Below, in pieces: positions 63,308 through 64,000 of a DNA stretch of 64,000 nucleotides. The DNA lies in the NCBI GenBank assembly GCA_963514005.1, contig OY740788.1, positions 54,746,001 to 54,810,000 on the forward strand. Direction: 5' to 3'. The stretch is from Raja brachyura. Lineage: Eukaryota. The position numbers were made by a program, and so were the translations under genes. How positions within the stretch are numbered: the stretch's first letter is position 1; each line of letters starts with the position of its first letter. A model generated the notes under the pieces. The model was given only the letters and a program-made list of their open reading frames with translations, was not told the DNA's origin and did no database searches.

Positions 63308-63622
63308 GGTTTAGATTTAGAGATACAGCATGGAAAAAAGCCTTTGGCCCACTGAGGCTGTGCTGACCAACGATCACTTATACACTAGTTCCATGTTATC
63401 CCAATTTTCCCTTTCTACACGCTAGGGGAAATGTATAGAAGCAAATTAACCAACAAACCTGCATATCTTTGGAATGTGGGAGAAAACCACAGCAACCAGA
63501 GCAAACCCAGCCACTCAGAGGGAAAAAATACAAAATGTGCAGACAGCACCCGTTGTCAGGATCGTACCTGGGTCTCTGGTGCTGTAAGGCAGCAACTCTA
63601 CCACTGCACCATTGTGCCACCC
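63308..63622 (-). mobile_element. V-SINE (HE1-like); fragment also at 38945-39080
   Basis: Head GTGGCACAATGGTGCAGTGGTAGAGTTGCTGCC, V-domain and tail as at 7548. Confidence 0.85.
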
Positions 63623-64000
63623 TGTTTGGATAACCTGCAAAATAAAGCTTTTCATTGTGCCTTGGTACATATGACAATAATAAACATGAACCCAAACCTA
63701 AACATCTGTGATAGTGATCATGAGTGCAGGTACACCCAAGGCTGTCATGGTGAGTTAGACAATAGACAATGGACAATAGGTTCAGGAGTAGGCCATTTGG
63801 CCCTTCGAGCAAGCACCGCCATTCAATGTGATCATTACATCCTTCCAGCAGCCTTCTGTTCAAAACGAGCATAGCATTGAAGTCATCAAGGAGGATGACA
63901 TTGTCACCAATTATACTACCTAACTTCACTTTGTAGCCCATTATAACGTGCAAGCCTTGCCACAACCGACAATGGTTATCCCTGGACTCTGGTTCAGAAT

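Overview
Vertebrate genomic DNA, most likely from a cartilaginous fish (skate or ray), inferred from HE1-type V-SINEs and HER1-like CR1 tails. The only supported host gene is a two-exon SIX3 homeobox gene on the minus strand (CDS 24354-23672 and 22087-21895, 291 aa). It sits in an ~18 kb stretch with no recognisable transposons (about 14.75-32.67 kb). The flanks hold many CR1 and Rex1/Babar LINE 3' ends, V-SINEs, an old Deu-type SINE, two dead full-length Tc1 transposons (one young and Passport-like), a long-TIR MITE and numerous Penelope-like element (PLE) fragments. The most interesting signals are: minimal hammerhead-ribozyme cores in the PLE terminal repeats, often in tandem or inverted arrangements; a cluster of CTCF-like motifs 3' of SIX3 where the SIX2/SIX3 domain border is expected; an isolated 40-bp-stem hairpin 3 kb upstream of SIX3; and a cryptic degenerate 16-mer repeat field at 7-12 kb. 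There are four small assembly gaps. Repeat family names and comparisons with other species come from recalled consensus motifs, not database searches, and many repeat boundaries are approximate.
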